NCBI GenBank assembly: GCA_024679065.1
Contig: JAGIQG010000014.1
Coordinates: 25,420,001-25,484,000 of the forward strand
Source of the DNA: Sphyrna mokarran
Lineage: Eukaryota
DNA: 64,000 bases
Direction of reading: 5' to 3'
The translations under genes and the position numbers were made by a program. The notes under the pieces were generated by a model. That model ran no database searches. It saw only the letters and a program-made list of their open reading frames with translations, and was not told where the DNA came from. Shown one piece after another: positions 36,064 to 49,639 of the stretch (its first letter is position 1; each line of letters opens with the position of its first letter).

Positions 36064-38770
36064 TGTTCAGAGGACATCTGTGGTACCTTGGCCCCTTTAA
36101 GGGGGTGATCCCTGAGGGCTCCGAGGGAGAGGCAGCGTGGAAAGCCAAGCCAATTGGCTGCAAGGGTGCATGTCCCGTGTCAGGGAACAATCTTAATTGG
36201 AGACAGGGAGGAGAAGAGAGTAGACTGTATTGCAGTTCTGTAGACCATCATTTGCACATAGATAAATATTGTTGGTAATAACCCCTTCATAAATTGAAGC
36301 CACAAATTGCCTTTGAAGGTTTTACACTGGCGACGAGGAAAAACTTCTGTTAGCCGTTGAGAAATCATATTGTGCAGCTAGAGGGGAAGGAGAGTGAACA
36401 TTGAGCTACAAAAGACAGCTACATATGCCAAGTTAAAATACCTTTAATTGGAAAGATTGGGCCATTTGACCCAAGGGTGGAAAACTGGTGATAATGTACT
36501 GATAAGCTGTATTATTTCTTTGTAACAAATGAGATCACAGCAGAAAAAAAGAAATAAAAGGTGATACTAATCACAGTTTGTGGCCCACAAACTTAAAACC
36601 TTGTGAGAACTCTAACATCACCTGATGCTCCAGACATAAAGGATGCGGTCTTACCAGCCACTGAAACCAGGCTCCTGCTTCAGCGAAATCAGAGAATTTA
36701 GTGTCCAGCCAAATCTCAATGCACTGCAGCATGATGGGAAAATCCACCGGTGTGAATGCTTGCAAGATTCTAGTCAAAGTCTTTTGACCAGGTAGTCAAA
36801 TTGGTTAAAATCATTTTAATCTCTGACTTTCAATTGCCATGTAGAGGTACACATTCCATTCAGGGAGCCAGGGGAGTCAATCTCCTGTTTTGTGACCAGG
36901 TTGAGAAGGTTAGCAGAGCATTGTGAACTGCGAAAATGGAAGTCACTAGAGGAACCATGGCCACAGTCACAGGGGAGTGGGCAGTTTGTTACCCTCTAAG
37001 AAGTCTGGCAACCATTGAGATTGAGTGAGTCAGAAGCCTTTTTGTCTACTTATATAAACGAGACATTGAAGACAGTAAGGTCAACAGTAATGCTATATCC
37101 TACAGAAACCTAACAGCTTGACTACCTATTCTAATAATTGAGAATCACAGACCTTGCTTAATTTAGAATATAAAAACAGGGAGGTCTTGCTGCAACTGTA
37201 CAGGGCACTGGTGAGGCCACAGTTGGAGTATTGTGTGCAGTTTTGGTCGCTGCATTTGCGGAAGGATATATTGGCCTTGGAGGGAGTGCAGAGAAGGTTC
37301 ACTAGGCTTATACCGGAGATGAGGGAGTTAGCCTATGAAGAGAGACTGAATAGACTGGGTCTGTACTCGTTGGAGTATAGAAGGCTGAGGGGGAATCTTA
37401 TAGAGACATGTAAGATAATGAAGGGGTTAGATAGGGTAGAGGTAGAGAGATTCTTCCCACTTGGAAAGGATAGCAGAACTAGAGGGCATAGCCTCAAAAT
37501 AAAGGGGGGGGGGGTCAGTTTAGATCGGAGTTGAGGAGGAACTTCTTCACTCAAAGGATGGTGAATCTCTGGAAGTCATGGCTTGATAGGTTTCTGATAG
37601 AAAAAGGAATTAAGGGTTATGGGGAGAAAGCGAGAAGGTGGAATTGATCCACTTCAGATCAGGTGTGATCTTATTGAATGGTGGGGCAGGCTTGAAGGGC
37701 TAGATGGCCTACTCCTGTTCCTATTTCTAATGTTCTTATGTTCTTAATGGGTCAGAATTGGTTGAGGTAGTTAAAATTTGATGGTTTGGAAACATTACAC
37801 CTTTATGAAGAAGATTTTCAAAAGCTCCTGCGCAAATACCCTGAGGTTTTTCAAGAGGAACTGGGATGAAAAAAGAGCTGAAGCCAAAATTTATTTGAAT
37901 CCCTAGACAATGGCAAAACTCTTTCGGGTCCACCCAGTTCCTTTTGCACTGCATTATAAGATTGAAGTAGAACTTGGGGAAGAATCAGGCATTATAAAAG
38001 CTGTGATCCTCTCAAAATGAGCTGAACCAATGGTTCCTGTTCTCAAACTGGACCATAGTGCAAGGATATGTGGGGATTGTAAATTAACTATTAATCAAGG
38101 AGCTCAGATACGTAGACACCTTATTCCCAGAATTGAGGACATTCATGTTAAATTATCAAGGGGCCTGAAGTTAAGTCTCAGTCATGCCTACCAGCAGCTG
38201 GAGTTTGATGAAGATTCCCAGGGGTCAGTTACTAGTAGCATCCACAAAGGGTTTTTTTCCAGGACATACACTTTTTGGAGTCTCATCAGCCTGTGCCATT
38301 TTCCAAGGTATGATGGAAAGTTTGTTACAGAGCAATCCTAACGTAGTGCTGTATCTGGATGATGTCCTGATTTAGGAACCTCACCTGAAACCAAACATAG
38401 AGGAAGTTTTGAGAAGATTAAAAGAAGTGGGCATCCATTTAAAATGAGAGAAATGCACTTTCCAGGTGGATACAGTTCGGGGTTTTAGGGTAAATGCTAA
38501 ATACTTACACTCTTTGGAGGATAAATTTAAAGCCTTAAAGGAAGTACCACAATCATTCCTAGGAATGGTGAATTATTATGGCAGATGGACTGGGCAGACC
38601 CATATCCATCTCTTTGTTTCTTTCATAAACCAAATTCAAAATCCAGTTGAATCTAATTCATGGTCACCACAAGAGAAACAAACAAGATTCAAGCTGACAA
38701 GAAAAGACACTGCACCCCATCCTGAGCTTGGTCTGGTGTTTGATCTTAGTCAAAAGGCTAAAAAGCAATA
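36064..38770 (+). mobile_element. Decayed Gypsy (Mag-like) LTR retrotransposon: 5' LTR ~36064-36326, PBS, gag, RT
   Basis: TG...CA LTR, PBS TGGCGACGAGGA at 36328; gag IGKIGPFDP..ENW; RT RICGDCK, FGVSSACAIFQ, YLDDVLI, SFLGMVNYY. Confidence 0.8.
37160..37745 (+). mobile_element. CR1 LINE 3' fragment nested in the Gypsy element
   Basis: ORF 37154..37534 LYRALVRPQLEYCVQFWS...; tail atgttcttatgttctt. Confidence 0.88.
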
Positions 38771-38790
38771 AGGTTTAACTCATGATGGCA

Positions 38791-40262
38791 GGATGTTCTC
38801 ACCAGAGGCATTGTCCCCTGGATGTCCTCACCACAGGTATTGTCCCCTGGATGTCCTCACCACAGGCATTGTCCCCAGGATGTTCTCACCAGGGGCATTG
38901 CCCCCAGGATGTTCTCACCAGGGGCATTGTCCCCTGGATGTTCTCACCACAGGCATTGTCCCCTGGATGTTCTCACCACAGGCATTGTCCCCAGGATGTT
39001 CTTCCCAGGGGTATTGTCCCCAGGATGTTCTCACCAGGAGCATTGTCCCCAAGATGTTCTCCCCAGAGCATTGTCCCCAGGATGTTCTCCCCAGGGGCAT
39101 TGTACCCTGGATGTTCTCCCCAGGGGCATTGTACCCTGGATGTTCTCACCATGGGCATTGTCCCCAGGATGTTCTCACCAGGGCACTGTCCCCTGGATGT
39201 TCTCACCAGGGGCATTGCCCCCTGGATGTTCTCACCAGGGGCATTGCCCCCTGGATGTTCTCACCACAGGCATTGTCCCCTGGATGTTCTCACCACAGGC
39301 ATTGTCCCCAGGATGTTCTTCCCAGGGGCATTGTCCCCAGGATGTTCTCACCAGGGGCATTGTCCCCAAGATGTTCTCCCCAGAGGCATTGTCCCCAGGA
39401 TGTTCTCCCCAGAGGCATTGTCCCCAGGATGTTCTCCCCAGGGGCATTGTACCCTGGATGTTCTCCCCAGGGGCATTGTACCCTGGATGTTCTCACCATG
39501 GGCATTGTCCCCAGGATGTTCTCACCAGGGCACTGTCCCCTGGATGTTCTCACCAGGGGCATTGCCCCCGGATGTTCTCACCAGGGGCATTGCCCCCTGG
39601 ATGTTCTCACCAGGGACATTGCCCCCTGGATGTTCTCGCCAGGGGCATTGCCCCCTGGATGTTCTCACCAGGGGCATTGCCCCCTGGATGTTCTCGCCAG
39701 GGGCATTGCCCCCTGGATGTTCTCGCCAGGGGCATTGCCCCCTGGATGTTCTCGCCAGGGGCATTGCCCCCTGGATGTTCTCACCAGGGCACTGCCCCCT
39801 GGATGTTCTCACCAGGGGCATTGCCCCCTGGATGTTCTCACCAGGGGCATTGCCCCCTGGATGTTCTCACCAGGGACATTGCCCCCTGGATGTTCTCACC
39901 AGGGACATTGCCCCCTGGATGTTCTCGCCAGAGGCATTGTCCCCAGGATGTTCTCGCCAGGGGCATTGTCCCCAGGATGTTCTTGCCAGGGGCATTGCTG
40001 CCAGGATGTTCTCACCAGGGGCATTGCTGCCAGGATGTTCTCACCAGGGGCATTGTCCCCAAGATGTTCTCACCAGGAGCATTGTCCCCACAATGTTCTC
40101 ACCACAGGCATTGTCCCCAGGACGTTCTCACCAGGGGTATTGTCCCCAGGATGTTCTCACCAGAGGCATTGTCCCCAGGATGTTCTCACCAGAGGCATTG
40201 TCCCCTGGATGTTCTCACCAGGGGCATTGTCCCCAGGATGTTCTCACTAGGTGCATTGCTGC
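38791..40262. repeat. 29-bp minisatellite, ~50 copies (GGATGTTCTCACCAGGGGCATTGTCCCCW), degenerate tail to ~40430
   Basis: Direct tandem units with point variants and occasional 28-bp units; explains the 485-556 aa repetitive ORFs. Confidence 0.97.
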
Positions 40263-42691
40263 AGGATGTTCTCGCTATTGGTATTAACCCCAGATACCTT
40301 TTCCCAATGGTGCTGTCCCCAGGGGAATTGCCCCAGAGTGTTGCCCCAGATGTGTTGTCCCCAGACACATTGTTCTCAATGGCATTGTTACCTCATGGGT
40401 TTTTTTCCCAACTGTGTTATCCCCAATATCTTGATCAATTCTTATCCTTCAACCAGCACCAGATTCAAAAACAAAATATTGCTGATGCTTGAAAGCTGAA
40501 ACTAAAAGAGAAAATACTGGGAATACTCAGTCGATCTGGTAGCATCTGTAGGGAGCAAAACAAAGTTAGTTTTGGGCCTGAAGCCTCTCGCAGTGGCAAA
40601 TAGCAACTCCATGCCCAGTTTCTCACCTCAAATATTATTTCACGCTTGTCTTACCCAACTTTCCAATTCAGGCTGGTGAGATCCCGGCAGAACAGCAAGT
40701 CGCCCAGGCCCAGCATCAAAGCAGAGTTGAAGGGAAGAGGACACACCCCCTTTTTTTACAACACTAACTGCCATAAAGCATTGAGTTTAAAGATCAATTG
40801 AAATGTAAAGTTTCATGACAGGCCAGAGAGAATGTAAGCATCGAAGAGAAGTGGATAGGATTTGGAGGAGAGGCAGGAAGGGGGATGGTTTGTAGGTCTG
40901 GGGGTAAGAGATCAGGAGTGTCGGAGATCTGAAAGATCAGAGGTTGGATGAGATGTTTGGACATTGGGTTGAGTCTATCAATGCAATGGAGATGTGAGTT
41001 GGGCCTGGAGGGTAGGGGAGGGGATAAGACCCTCTGGCAATGGAAGGGAATCCTGTAGTTGGGGTGTTAGGGAAGGCACCCCAGGAGTTAGAAGGAGGAA
41101 TCTGTTGGGAATCTGAATCCAGCCAATACGAAGACGCGTGAAAGACAGTATGCAATTAAAGAGGTTCTTTATTTGCCCAATACGCATTGGGAGAGCAACA
41201 TCCAGAGGATTCCAACTTCTCTCTGACATTACAGTACACGGGTAAAACTTTTTTGAAGCTTCGTTTCTCCTGCCCAACCTGTCATCTAAACTGGATGATC
41301 CAATTACATTAATACACATTAGTTACCTTGGCCAATCGCATTCTACCTTTTAGCAGAATTAGGAATTCATTGGTCAACTGAACCTAGAAATTCTTCATCC
41401 CATTGCCTGGCAACCTATCTACACAAATCTACTCAGGGGTCTGTTCAGGTGTCACCTTCACCACCATCACCATGGGAACAGATAGGGAGCCATTTTACTC
41501 TGGTTATTAGTTAACCCTTATCAGCAAAAGTTGAATAGGTCTATTCACTGCAGCCACGAGCCAAGTGCCTCTATTCATTTTAAAACCTTGGTCACTTGTA
41601 GTTGCAAAATCTTCTACTGATAAGAGTGAATACATTCTGCACCTTATTGTTTCCAAGGAATGTGGTCTGTCTAGTTCATTTTCCATTACGTTTTGGGACA
41701 GACTGCATCTTGGTCAAAGCTTACAAGACATTTGAAAATACATTTTAACTCGACAATACTTATTTAAAATTCTCTGCCAATAATTATGTATGTGACAATG
41801 CAGACAAAACCTTCATATGATATACATGAGGCACTCTGTGATTCCTTATTGTATAAATAAGGCACACTGTGATCCCTGTTCTAAACTTGTCTACTTTGTT
41901 TTAGTAGTTTTCAAAATCCTAGCGGTTTCTGTACCTGCTTCTACAAAATCCTTGGAGGAGGGTGGTCTGGGTCTGTACAATAGTTACACAGAAGTTCAAA
42001 GTAGTTTTCATTCATACTATTTCTGGATAACTTGATATGACTCAGTCAGAACCATCTGAAGTTTATGGTATTCATCACATTTTCAGGAATTCCCCGTGCA
42101 CAGCAATTGCTCAGGGTACGTTTGCACTCCTGGGCAACTAAATGCAAATCTTAACTAGAAAGAAGCTCTGAGAAGGATTTCCCAGCACACTTGTTTCATA
42201 ACTCCCCAGTACAATGCTGAGAATCTGAGGTTACAACCCATTCTTTTTTGGTCAATGACCTTTCATCAAAACTACAAAAATTTCATTGACCTGAAATGTT
42301 GACTCTCTTTCTCACCTCGCTGATGATGGCTGATCTGCTGAGTATTTGCAGAATTTCGATGTCACTCAACAGATTATCTTGCCATCATTGCATTGCCATT
42401 TTTGGAATGTTGCTGTGCACAAATTAGCAGCAGAATTTCAGCACACTTCATTGACAGTAAAGAACTTTACAAAGTTCTGACAGGTGCTGTATATATTGGG
42501 GAAGTGAAATTGCACAAAGTTGCTATTGTGTAAAAGTAACAGTTTAGAACTATTTTCTTATAAACAGAGAAATCGAGAAGTATTTTAGGAGAGGAACCAA
42601 TGTGGTCAGCAGTACTACAATTAGAACATCAATAATTCTTCTAAACTGTGAACTCTGTAGTTTATTCACATGCATGTGTATATGTGTCCAT

Positions 42692-42824
42692 NNNNNNNNN
42701 NNNNNNNNNNNNNNNNNNNNNNNNNNNNNNNNNNNNNNNNNNNNNNNNNNNNNNNNNNNNNNNNNNNNNNNNNNNNNNNNNNNNNNNNNNNNNNNNNNNN
42801 NNNNNNNNNNNNNNNNNNNNNNNN
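42692..42824. other. Assembly gap (133 N)
   Basis: Run of n. Confidence 0.99.
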
Positions 42825-43109
42825 GTCATGGATCACTGAGAATCTGACACTTTGCATAAATTTATTTTTTATTTTAAGTTAGTCCAGAAATAAACTAAAT
42901 GTCCCCAGTAACTAAATTCTAGTTGCTGCCAAGATGTCACACAGAATAGTGGTGAGTTACGTCTTCAAAATTGCTGAGAGGGCACTTTGAGACTTAAACT
43001 CGTGCCCAACAGTATAATTCGGATTTGGCAGCTCCCATGTATAATACAGATATAAAAAAATGGATTAGAAATTTTAACAGGACAAAAGTTCAGTTTTTTT
43101 AAATTGTTC

Positions 43110-43580
43110 ATTCAAGGGTTGTGGGCCTCACTGGCAAAGTCAGCATTTATTGCTCATCCCCAATTGCCTGTGAGAAAATGTTTGTGAGCTGCCATCTTGA
43201 ACTACTGCAGTCCCTGAGATGTAGGTACACCAACCATGCAATGAGGAACTTGACCAAGCAACAGAGAAGAAACAATGATGCATTTCCAAGTCATGATGGT
43301 GAGTGGCTTGGAGGGGAACTTGCAAGTGGTGGTGTTCCCTTGTTGCCCCTATCCTTCTAGGTGATAGCGGTTGTGGGTTTGGCAGGGGCTGTCCGAGGAC
43401 CCTTGGTGAGTTCCTACAGTGCATTTTGTAGGTGGTACACACAGCTGCGGTGAATATTTGTGGAAGGGATATCAATCAAATGGGCTGCTTTGTGCTGGGT
43501 GATGTTGAGCTTCTTGAGTGTTATTGGAGCTGTTCTCCTGCCACATGCCTTGTAGATGGTGGTCAGGCATTGGGGAGTCA
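43110..43580 (-). mobile_element. Old CR1/L2-type LINE 3' fragment
   Basis: [16 protein letters not shown] motif shared with 25080-25135; cagcatttattgctcatcccc 3' end. Confidence 0.65.
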
Positions 43581-44005
43581 GGGTGATGAAAGGGATCAGT
43601 CTTCTAAATTATTCAAACAACAAAATGTTTATTAAACTTTAAAACATACAATGGGAAAGGCAACAGTAAAGAACAACATTTACAAGGAGCTACATTTAAT
43701 GATTTCCCAGACAGTGTATTTGAATTAACCCTCTACCAATCCAAATCTATCCGAGATTACACATCCCCCAAAACAGCAATCCCATAGATTTTAACACCAT
43801 GACCCAAATCCAGCAAATAATTACTACATAGGACCTGTAGTTTTCTCTTGGAAACACTTCTAGTTTACAGCGGAATTTCCGGAGTCGAAGACAGACAACT
43901 TCATCTGCTTTCAGCTCAACAGCTTGACTCTCATTGAGAGAAAAGAAATTCTGTAATTGGCTGATTGCTGCGGATGTTGGAATCTAAAATTAAAACAGAA
44001 AATCT

Positions 44006-44264
44006 CTAAAAACTGAAGGTGCTGGAATCTGAAACTAAAACAGAAAATGCCGGAAAATCTCCGCAGGTTTGACAGCATCGGTGTGGAGAGAAGAACGCTG
44101 CTGAGATTTCCCAGCATTTTCTGTTTTTGTCTGAAATAAAAATCTGAAACAAAAACAGAAAATGCTGGGAAATCTCTGGGAAATCACACCGATGCTGTCA
44201 AACCTGCGGAGATTTTCTGGCATTTTCTGTTTTAGTTTCAGATTCCAGCATCCTCAGTTTTTAG
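44006..44264. repeat. Nested inverted repeat (80-bp outer arms, 28-bp inner arms)
   Basis: 44006-44085 vs 44185-44264 (3 mismatches); 44103-44130 vs 44149-44176 (perfect). Confidence 0.9.
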
Positions 44265-44869
44265 TTTTTATCTTTGTGTCAAACTCACTGCCACTTCTCT
44301 TCTAGGAATGCCTTCCCTGAAAAAGTACAATTCTTTTCCAGCTCTGACAAAGGGTCATTCAGACTTGAAATGTTGACTCTCCCCATAGATGGTCTCAGAC
44401 CTGCTGAAATTTTCCAGCATTTTCTGTTTTTGGTGCTTTAATTGGCTGAGTTGGTTTCACCATTTCTTGTGTACAGGACATACCTGGGCAACGCTGGGTA
44501 GATACCAGAGTAGCAGCTGCACTGCAATAAGTTTGGCCAGGGGTGCAGTAACTTCTGGAGCATTGTCAGGGCCCATAAGCTTTGCAGCATCCAGTGCCTT
44601 CAGCCTTTTCCTGATATCAGTTAATGTGAATTGAATTGTCTGGAGACTAGCCACTGTGATGCCTCCAGAAGAGGCCAAAATGGATCATCCACTCTGGATT
44701 TTTGGCTGAAAATGGTGACAAAGCAGTAGAATGCAGGGTCCCCCCATCATTGAGGATTTTTAGAAGTTTCTCCTCCAGAGAGTTGCTTAATTGTCCACTG
44801 CTACTCACGGCTGAATGTGACAGGACTGCAGACATTAGATCCGATTCGCCAATTGCAGAATCACTTATT

Positions 44870-45023
44870 TTTCTTTTCAAATTTGTTTCAGTCCAAATTC
44901 AAATTAAATTCAATTCATGATCCCCACAAGAGGGACAAACAAGGCCCAAGCTGACAAAATGAGGCATTGAACCTCATCCTGTAGGCTTGATCTACATCGC
45001 TTCATCTTGGCCAAAAGGCCGAG
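44870..45023 (-). mobile_element. Short element headed by a U2 snRNA 5' fragment (SINEU-like or U2 pseudogene chimera)
   Basis: Minus strand CTCGGCCTTTTGGCCAAGAT (45023-45004) is a 19/20 match to U2 snRNA nt ~8-27, followed by non-U2 sequence. Confidence 0.55.
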
Positions 45024-46655
45024 CTGGCTTTGAAAAATTATATCAGGCGATGCCTTGATTAACCATCATTGGCTCTCTGTTCATCAACTCAACCCTAGCC
45101 TGGGAGATGAACCTGCCTGATCATTGACTCTTCCCGCCAAGTAAATTGTGGGATTATTTATCTCTGTTTATCACTTGTTTCTTATGATGTTTGGCACACA
45201 AATGTTGTGGCTTCACCAGGTTGACACTTCATTTTTAGATGTGGCTGATGCTGGCATTTCCCTCTTGAGGTTCTCTTCACTGAATTTCAACATTAGCTAA
45301 ACATATCCTCATAAAATAATTACAAATGAGGAAGAATATTGTATTCATCTTAATTCACCACCCAGAGAGATCCTAATATTCCTCACAATGCAAAATCCAA
45401 CTATTTCTTAAATGACTCCAGTGTTTTTGCCTTTGTGACTTTATCTGGAAGTTTATTCCATTGATCATTCTCTATATGAAGAGAAATTTCCTGATATCTT
45501 TACGAGTTTTAACCAGTGTCTCTTTGACAGTTTAATTTAGTGGGATGAAATTTTCCACTTTGAAAACGAAGTGTGGTTGGAGTTCCACAACACATTTTCC
45601 TGCTGCTGATAGTGGTGGGAAATTGCACCCAATTCCACATTCAGGAGCTCATTAATTATGCACAGGTAAGTATCTCTGACTCACATGGTGTGTCGGGAGC
45701 TGATTTGTTTGCCCTGCGCTACCTATTGGGGTCAAAGGTCCAGCCGTCCTATTTAAATTCTACCTGGGCACATACATTTCAGTCCCTAGACCCCAGCTGT
45801 CTGCAGGAGACACAGAGATGGCTGTCAAACAGGAGAAGTGAGCTGCATCCCACTTCCACCAAGACAACATCCAGGCCTTGTTAAGAATACAGCAGCTCAG
45901 GGACATCCTTTACTCCAGGAATGACTCAAAGAAGCACACCACCCTCACCTCTCCAGCCTGCAAGGCCACAGCAGACCTGACCAGCATGGCTGGCACCAAC
46001 ATCCAGTGCAGGAGAAGGATGAATATTCTCATCCACTGCATCATGATAAGTCACCTCCCTCCAATATCTAATCATGGATGGCACCATGTGCTCAAAGAGC
46101 TTTTCTCTTCAGGGATAAGCAGGGCACATATATCACTGATCAGGAAAACTTTCACATCTTATTTGTCATGCTGCTCACACTCCATGCTGTCACAGAATCC
46201 CTATGGTGAAAAAAGTGACTATTCGACCCATCAAGTCTGTATAAACCACAATCCCACCACGCCCTATCCCCATAATCCATGTTTAGCCTAGGTAGTGCCC
46301 CTGACACTAAGGGACAATTTAGCATGGCCAACCTATCGAACCCACACATCCTCAGCCCTTCTGCTGGGGGCTCACCACGCACAGTGGGCATACATGCTTC
46401 CCAAAGGTTATGACACCACGAAGGCCACAGGGAATAATTAATAATCTACTTGTAGGCTTTGTGGAATACCAGCTGCCTTATTGATTGAGCGGAGGCTCAT
46501 CCATTGGAAACAGCCAATGGGGCCAGTTTTAATCTTATAACTTTACTCAGAATGCAGTTGTAAGTCTCCAGGTAAAGACAGCCTGGTCATAAGCCATGGG
46601 AGCAAAATAAAGGGTGTTGGTGATGGGAAACTGGCATTTGGCTGAAATACTACAT

Positions 46656-49360
46656 TGGCGACAAGGAGAAAAGTTTTTTTCCCCTCCGTCTTTCCTTCTG
46701 AACAACCTCTACATGTCAAGAATTTCACATTAAGAAAAAGCTGTTATGTCTCTTTTCGGGAAGCCTGTGCTCTATGACACCAGTGGGGAGTCCACTGAGA
46801 ACATGCATTACACCTTCTGAGCTGACAACAGAAGGGAAAAAATGATACTGCTATAATAGTATATCGTGCTTCGATTTTCAGTGTGATAAGAAGTCTGACC
46901 TATCCCGATGTCGCTGACTCAAAAACTTTTAATGAAATGGTAAACCTGTTTAAAAAAAACCACAATGACCTGAAACCTCTGGAAATTCTCCAGCGATATT
47001 GTTTCAATGTGGCTGGGAAAATCTTTGGAGAACCTGTCACTGAATTCTTGGCTGGGTTGCAGAACCTTACTGAACACTGCGAATTTGAACCGCCTCTTAG
47101 TGAAATGCCGTGAGGAAAATCAGCATGTGGCATAACCATCCAAAAGAAATCATTGGCGGAATCCGATTTGTACTTTAAAAAAAATGCTGCCTTGTTAACT
47201 TGAGAACATGAAAAAAAAGGGGGTTCAGGAGCTGCACGGAGTATCAGGCAGCAATGTCTTCCAAATAGGGGAAGGCACCTCATGCCGTCAGTCCTTACAG
47301 CAGAGTGCTTGTGTCAGTCAGGTATTAAAGGGCCCAATCTGATTCATTAGAGAGAAGAAGGTTACGCGGTGACCTAATTGAGGCGTATAAGATGATCAAA
47401 GGACTGGATAGGGTGGATAGTGAGAGCCTTTTTCCTCGGATGGTGATGACCAACACGAGGGGACATAACTTTAAATTAAGAGGTGGTAGTTATAGGACGG
47501 ATGTCAGAGGCAGGTTCTTTACACAGAGGGTGGTGAGAGCGTGGAATGCCCTGCCTGCAGCAGTTGTGGACTCGCCTACTTTGGGGGCATTCAAATGTTC
47601 GGTGGATAGGCATATGGATGATATTGGAATAGTTTAGGTTAGAGGATCCACTGGCCGGCGCAACATCGAGGGCCGAAGGGCCTGTACTGCGCTGTAATGT
47701 TCTATGTTCTATATAGGAACCCTAATGTGACTACTAGACAGTCAAGGAACAGCTATGCCATTAAGACTATTAAAGAACATACTTCAGGAGGGTGTAGTTG
47801 CCAGTTGACAGATTACTGCAAGATCTTTCAAAAGTCACAGCCACAGCAATGCGTCAGGAATAGGCAAAGTGCCCAGGAAGGAAGCCAAGGTTGGTACCTG
47901 AGTGAAACATGCAGGTATCCCCTTTTCCAGAGACAGGGACACTACAATTGAATTGTATTGTACCAATGACATAACCCGATGATAGTGGATTTATTAGTGA
48001 ATGGTTATCCATTGAGGGTGGAGGTGAACACAAGAGCCACAGTCTCCATTATCAGCAATCCAACTCCTGAGATTGGAAGATACAAATGCCAGGGCTAGCC
48101 ACATACACAGCGGCTCCTTTAAAAATACGAGGCACTTACTGACTTATAGAGAATAATCAGCTCATTTCCCACGCATTGTTGTAAGGGGACATAGACTTAA
48201 GCCTTACGAGGAGAGATTGCCTCCAGCAGATTCAGCTCAACTGGTTGGAAATCTTCAGGCTAAGGGTGGGGTGACTGTACAACGTTATCAGTAGATATCC
48301 TAAAGTTTTGCGGGAGGGTCTGGGGAAACATAGAAGGAGCCAAATCTTCAATCTATGTTGACCCCAATGCTACACCTGGATACTTCAGAACCAGACCAGT
48401 CCCTTTCTCCATGCTGGAGAAGATAGAAACTGAACTAGCACGCCTGGAAAACTTGAGTAAAATAAGAACAATCTGCAAAGTGGGCTGCGCCTGTAATTCC
48501 TGCTCTTAAGCCTGACAAGTCAGTTCATTTTTGCAGAGATTATAAACTGATGGTCAATTGGGTCTCCAAACTCGATAAGTACGCTGTGCCCCAGATTGAA
48601 AATCTAAACACTAAATTAACAGGTATTTTCTAAATTAGACATAAGCCACTCCTATCTGTAGCTTAAATTGGACAAATCCTCCCAGAAATAGGTGACAATC
48701 AACACACATGAAGGATTTTATGAAAATACTTGTTTAGCTTTCAGGGTCCCATTGGCATGTGCTATCTTCCAGAGTTATGAATAACATCCTTCAAGGGCTA
48801 CCCTGTGTAGCAGCATATTTAGATAATGTCTTGGTCACAGGGGCTTCAGGACAAGGATATTTGGCTAGCCTGGACAAAGTCTGCAGCGATTTTCCAGGGT
48901 AGGAGTTTGCTTGAAAAGGGAGAAATGCATTTTCCAGGTGATTGAAGTAATCTATTATACCAGGCTGCTGAGTGAATGGTAAGAGATTGTTAAATGATAA
49001 AGAGCAGATAAAAGCTCTGATAAAGAGCATCAAGGAGGCAACGTCCCCAAGAAACATCACAAAGTGCAAATCCTTCCTAAGGTTGGTCAATTATTATGGA
49101 AAACTTATCCCAAATTTGGCTTCCTTGAAGGCCCCACTATGAAAAAATCTATAGATGGTTTTGGGAAGTACAACAGGCAGAGGGTTTTTCTAAGGCTAAA
49201 CATCAGTTACTGTCATCCAACATACTGACCTATTTTGACCCTGACAGAGAACTTATTCTAACCTCTGACACTTCCTCATCTGGGGTTGTTACAGTGCTGT
49301 CACATCACTAAATAGATAGGACACAGAATCTCATCGCATATGCCTCAAGGATCCTTAAAT
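46656..49360 (+). mobile_element. Decayed Gypsy (Mag-like) internal region: PBS, gag, protease, RT, RNase H
   Basis: PBS TGGCGACAAGGA; gag KTFNEMV...QRYCF...EFLAGLQNLTEHCEF; RT PALKPDKSVHFCRDYK, YLDNVLV; RNase H YFDPDRELILTSDTS, IAYASR. Confidence 0.8.
47343..47712 (+). mobile_element. Young CR1 3' fragment nested in Gypsy gag; ~98% identical to 1073-1442
   Basis: Direct alignment shows 6 substitutions in 370 bp. Confidence 0.93.
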
Positions 49361-49639
49361 AAACACCCCTTTCAAAGTCATAGTGGAGAAGTAAGACCAC
49401 ATGACTCAAGTGACCATTTTAAAGTTCCTATATACCTTTGAGAATTGAGAACTATTCAGTCGGGTGAGAAGCAGGTTCCTTCAGGCAAAACAACCATCTG
49501 CTCACCTCGCCTGTCTTTGCCGGAAGATCTTGTACCATCGCCTACAGAACCAGTAAAGTCTCAGCATACTACCTCTTCTTGCAGTGCCAGCAGCAACTCA
49601 AAAATGAATAATACAATCCCAGTCTTCAGCCAACTGAAC

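Noticed and set aside
38791-40262. CRISPR-like array (29-bp palindromic repeat)
   Set aside because: Units are contiguous with no unique spacers, there are no cas genes, and the DNA is vertebrate.
38782-40492. Three overlapping 485-556 aa Cys/His/Pro-rich ORFs
   Set aside because: They arise from a stop-free 29-bp unit cycling through all frames; no splice or domain evidence for a real protein.
42602-42882. ORFs spanning X runs
   Set aside because: Artefacts of the N gap.
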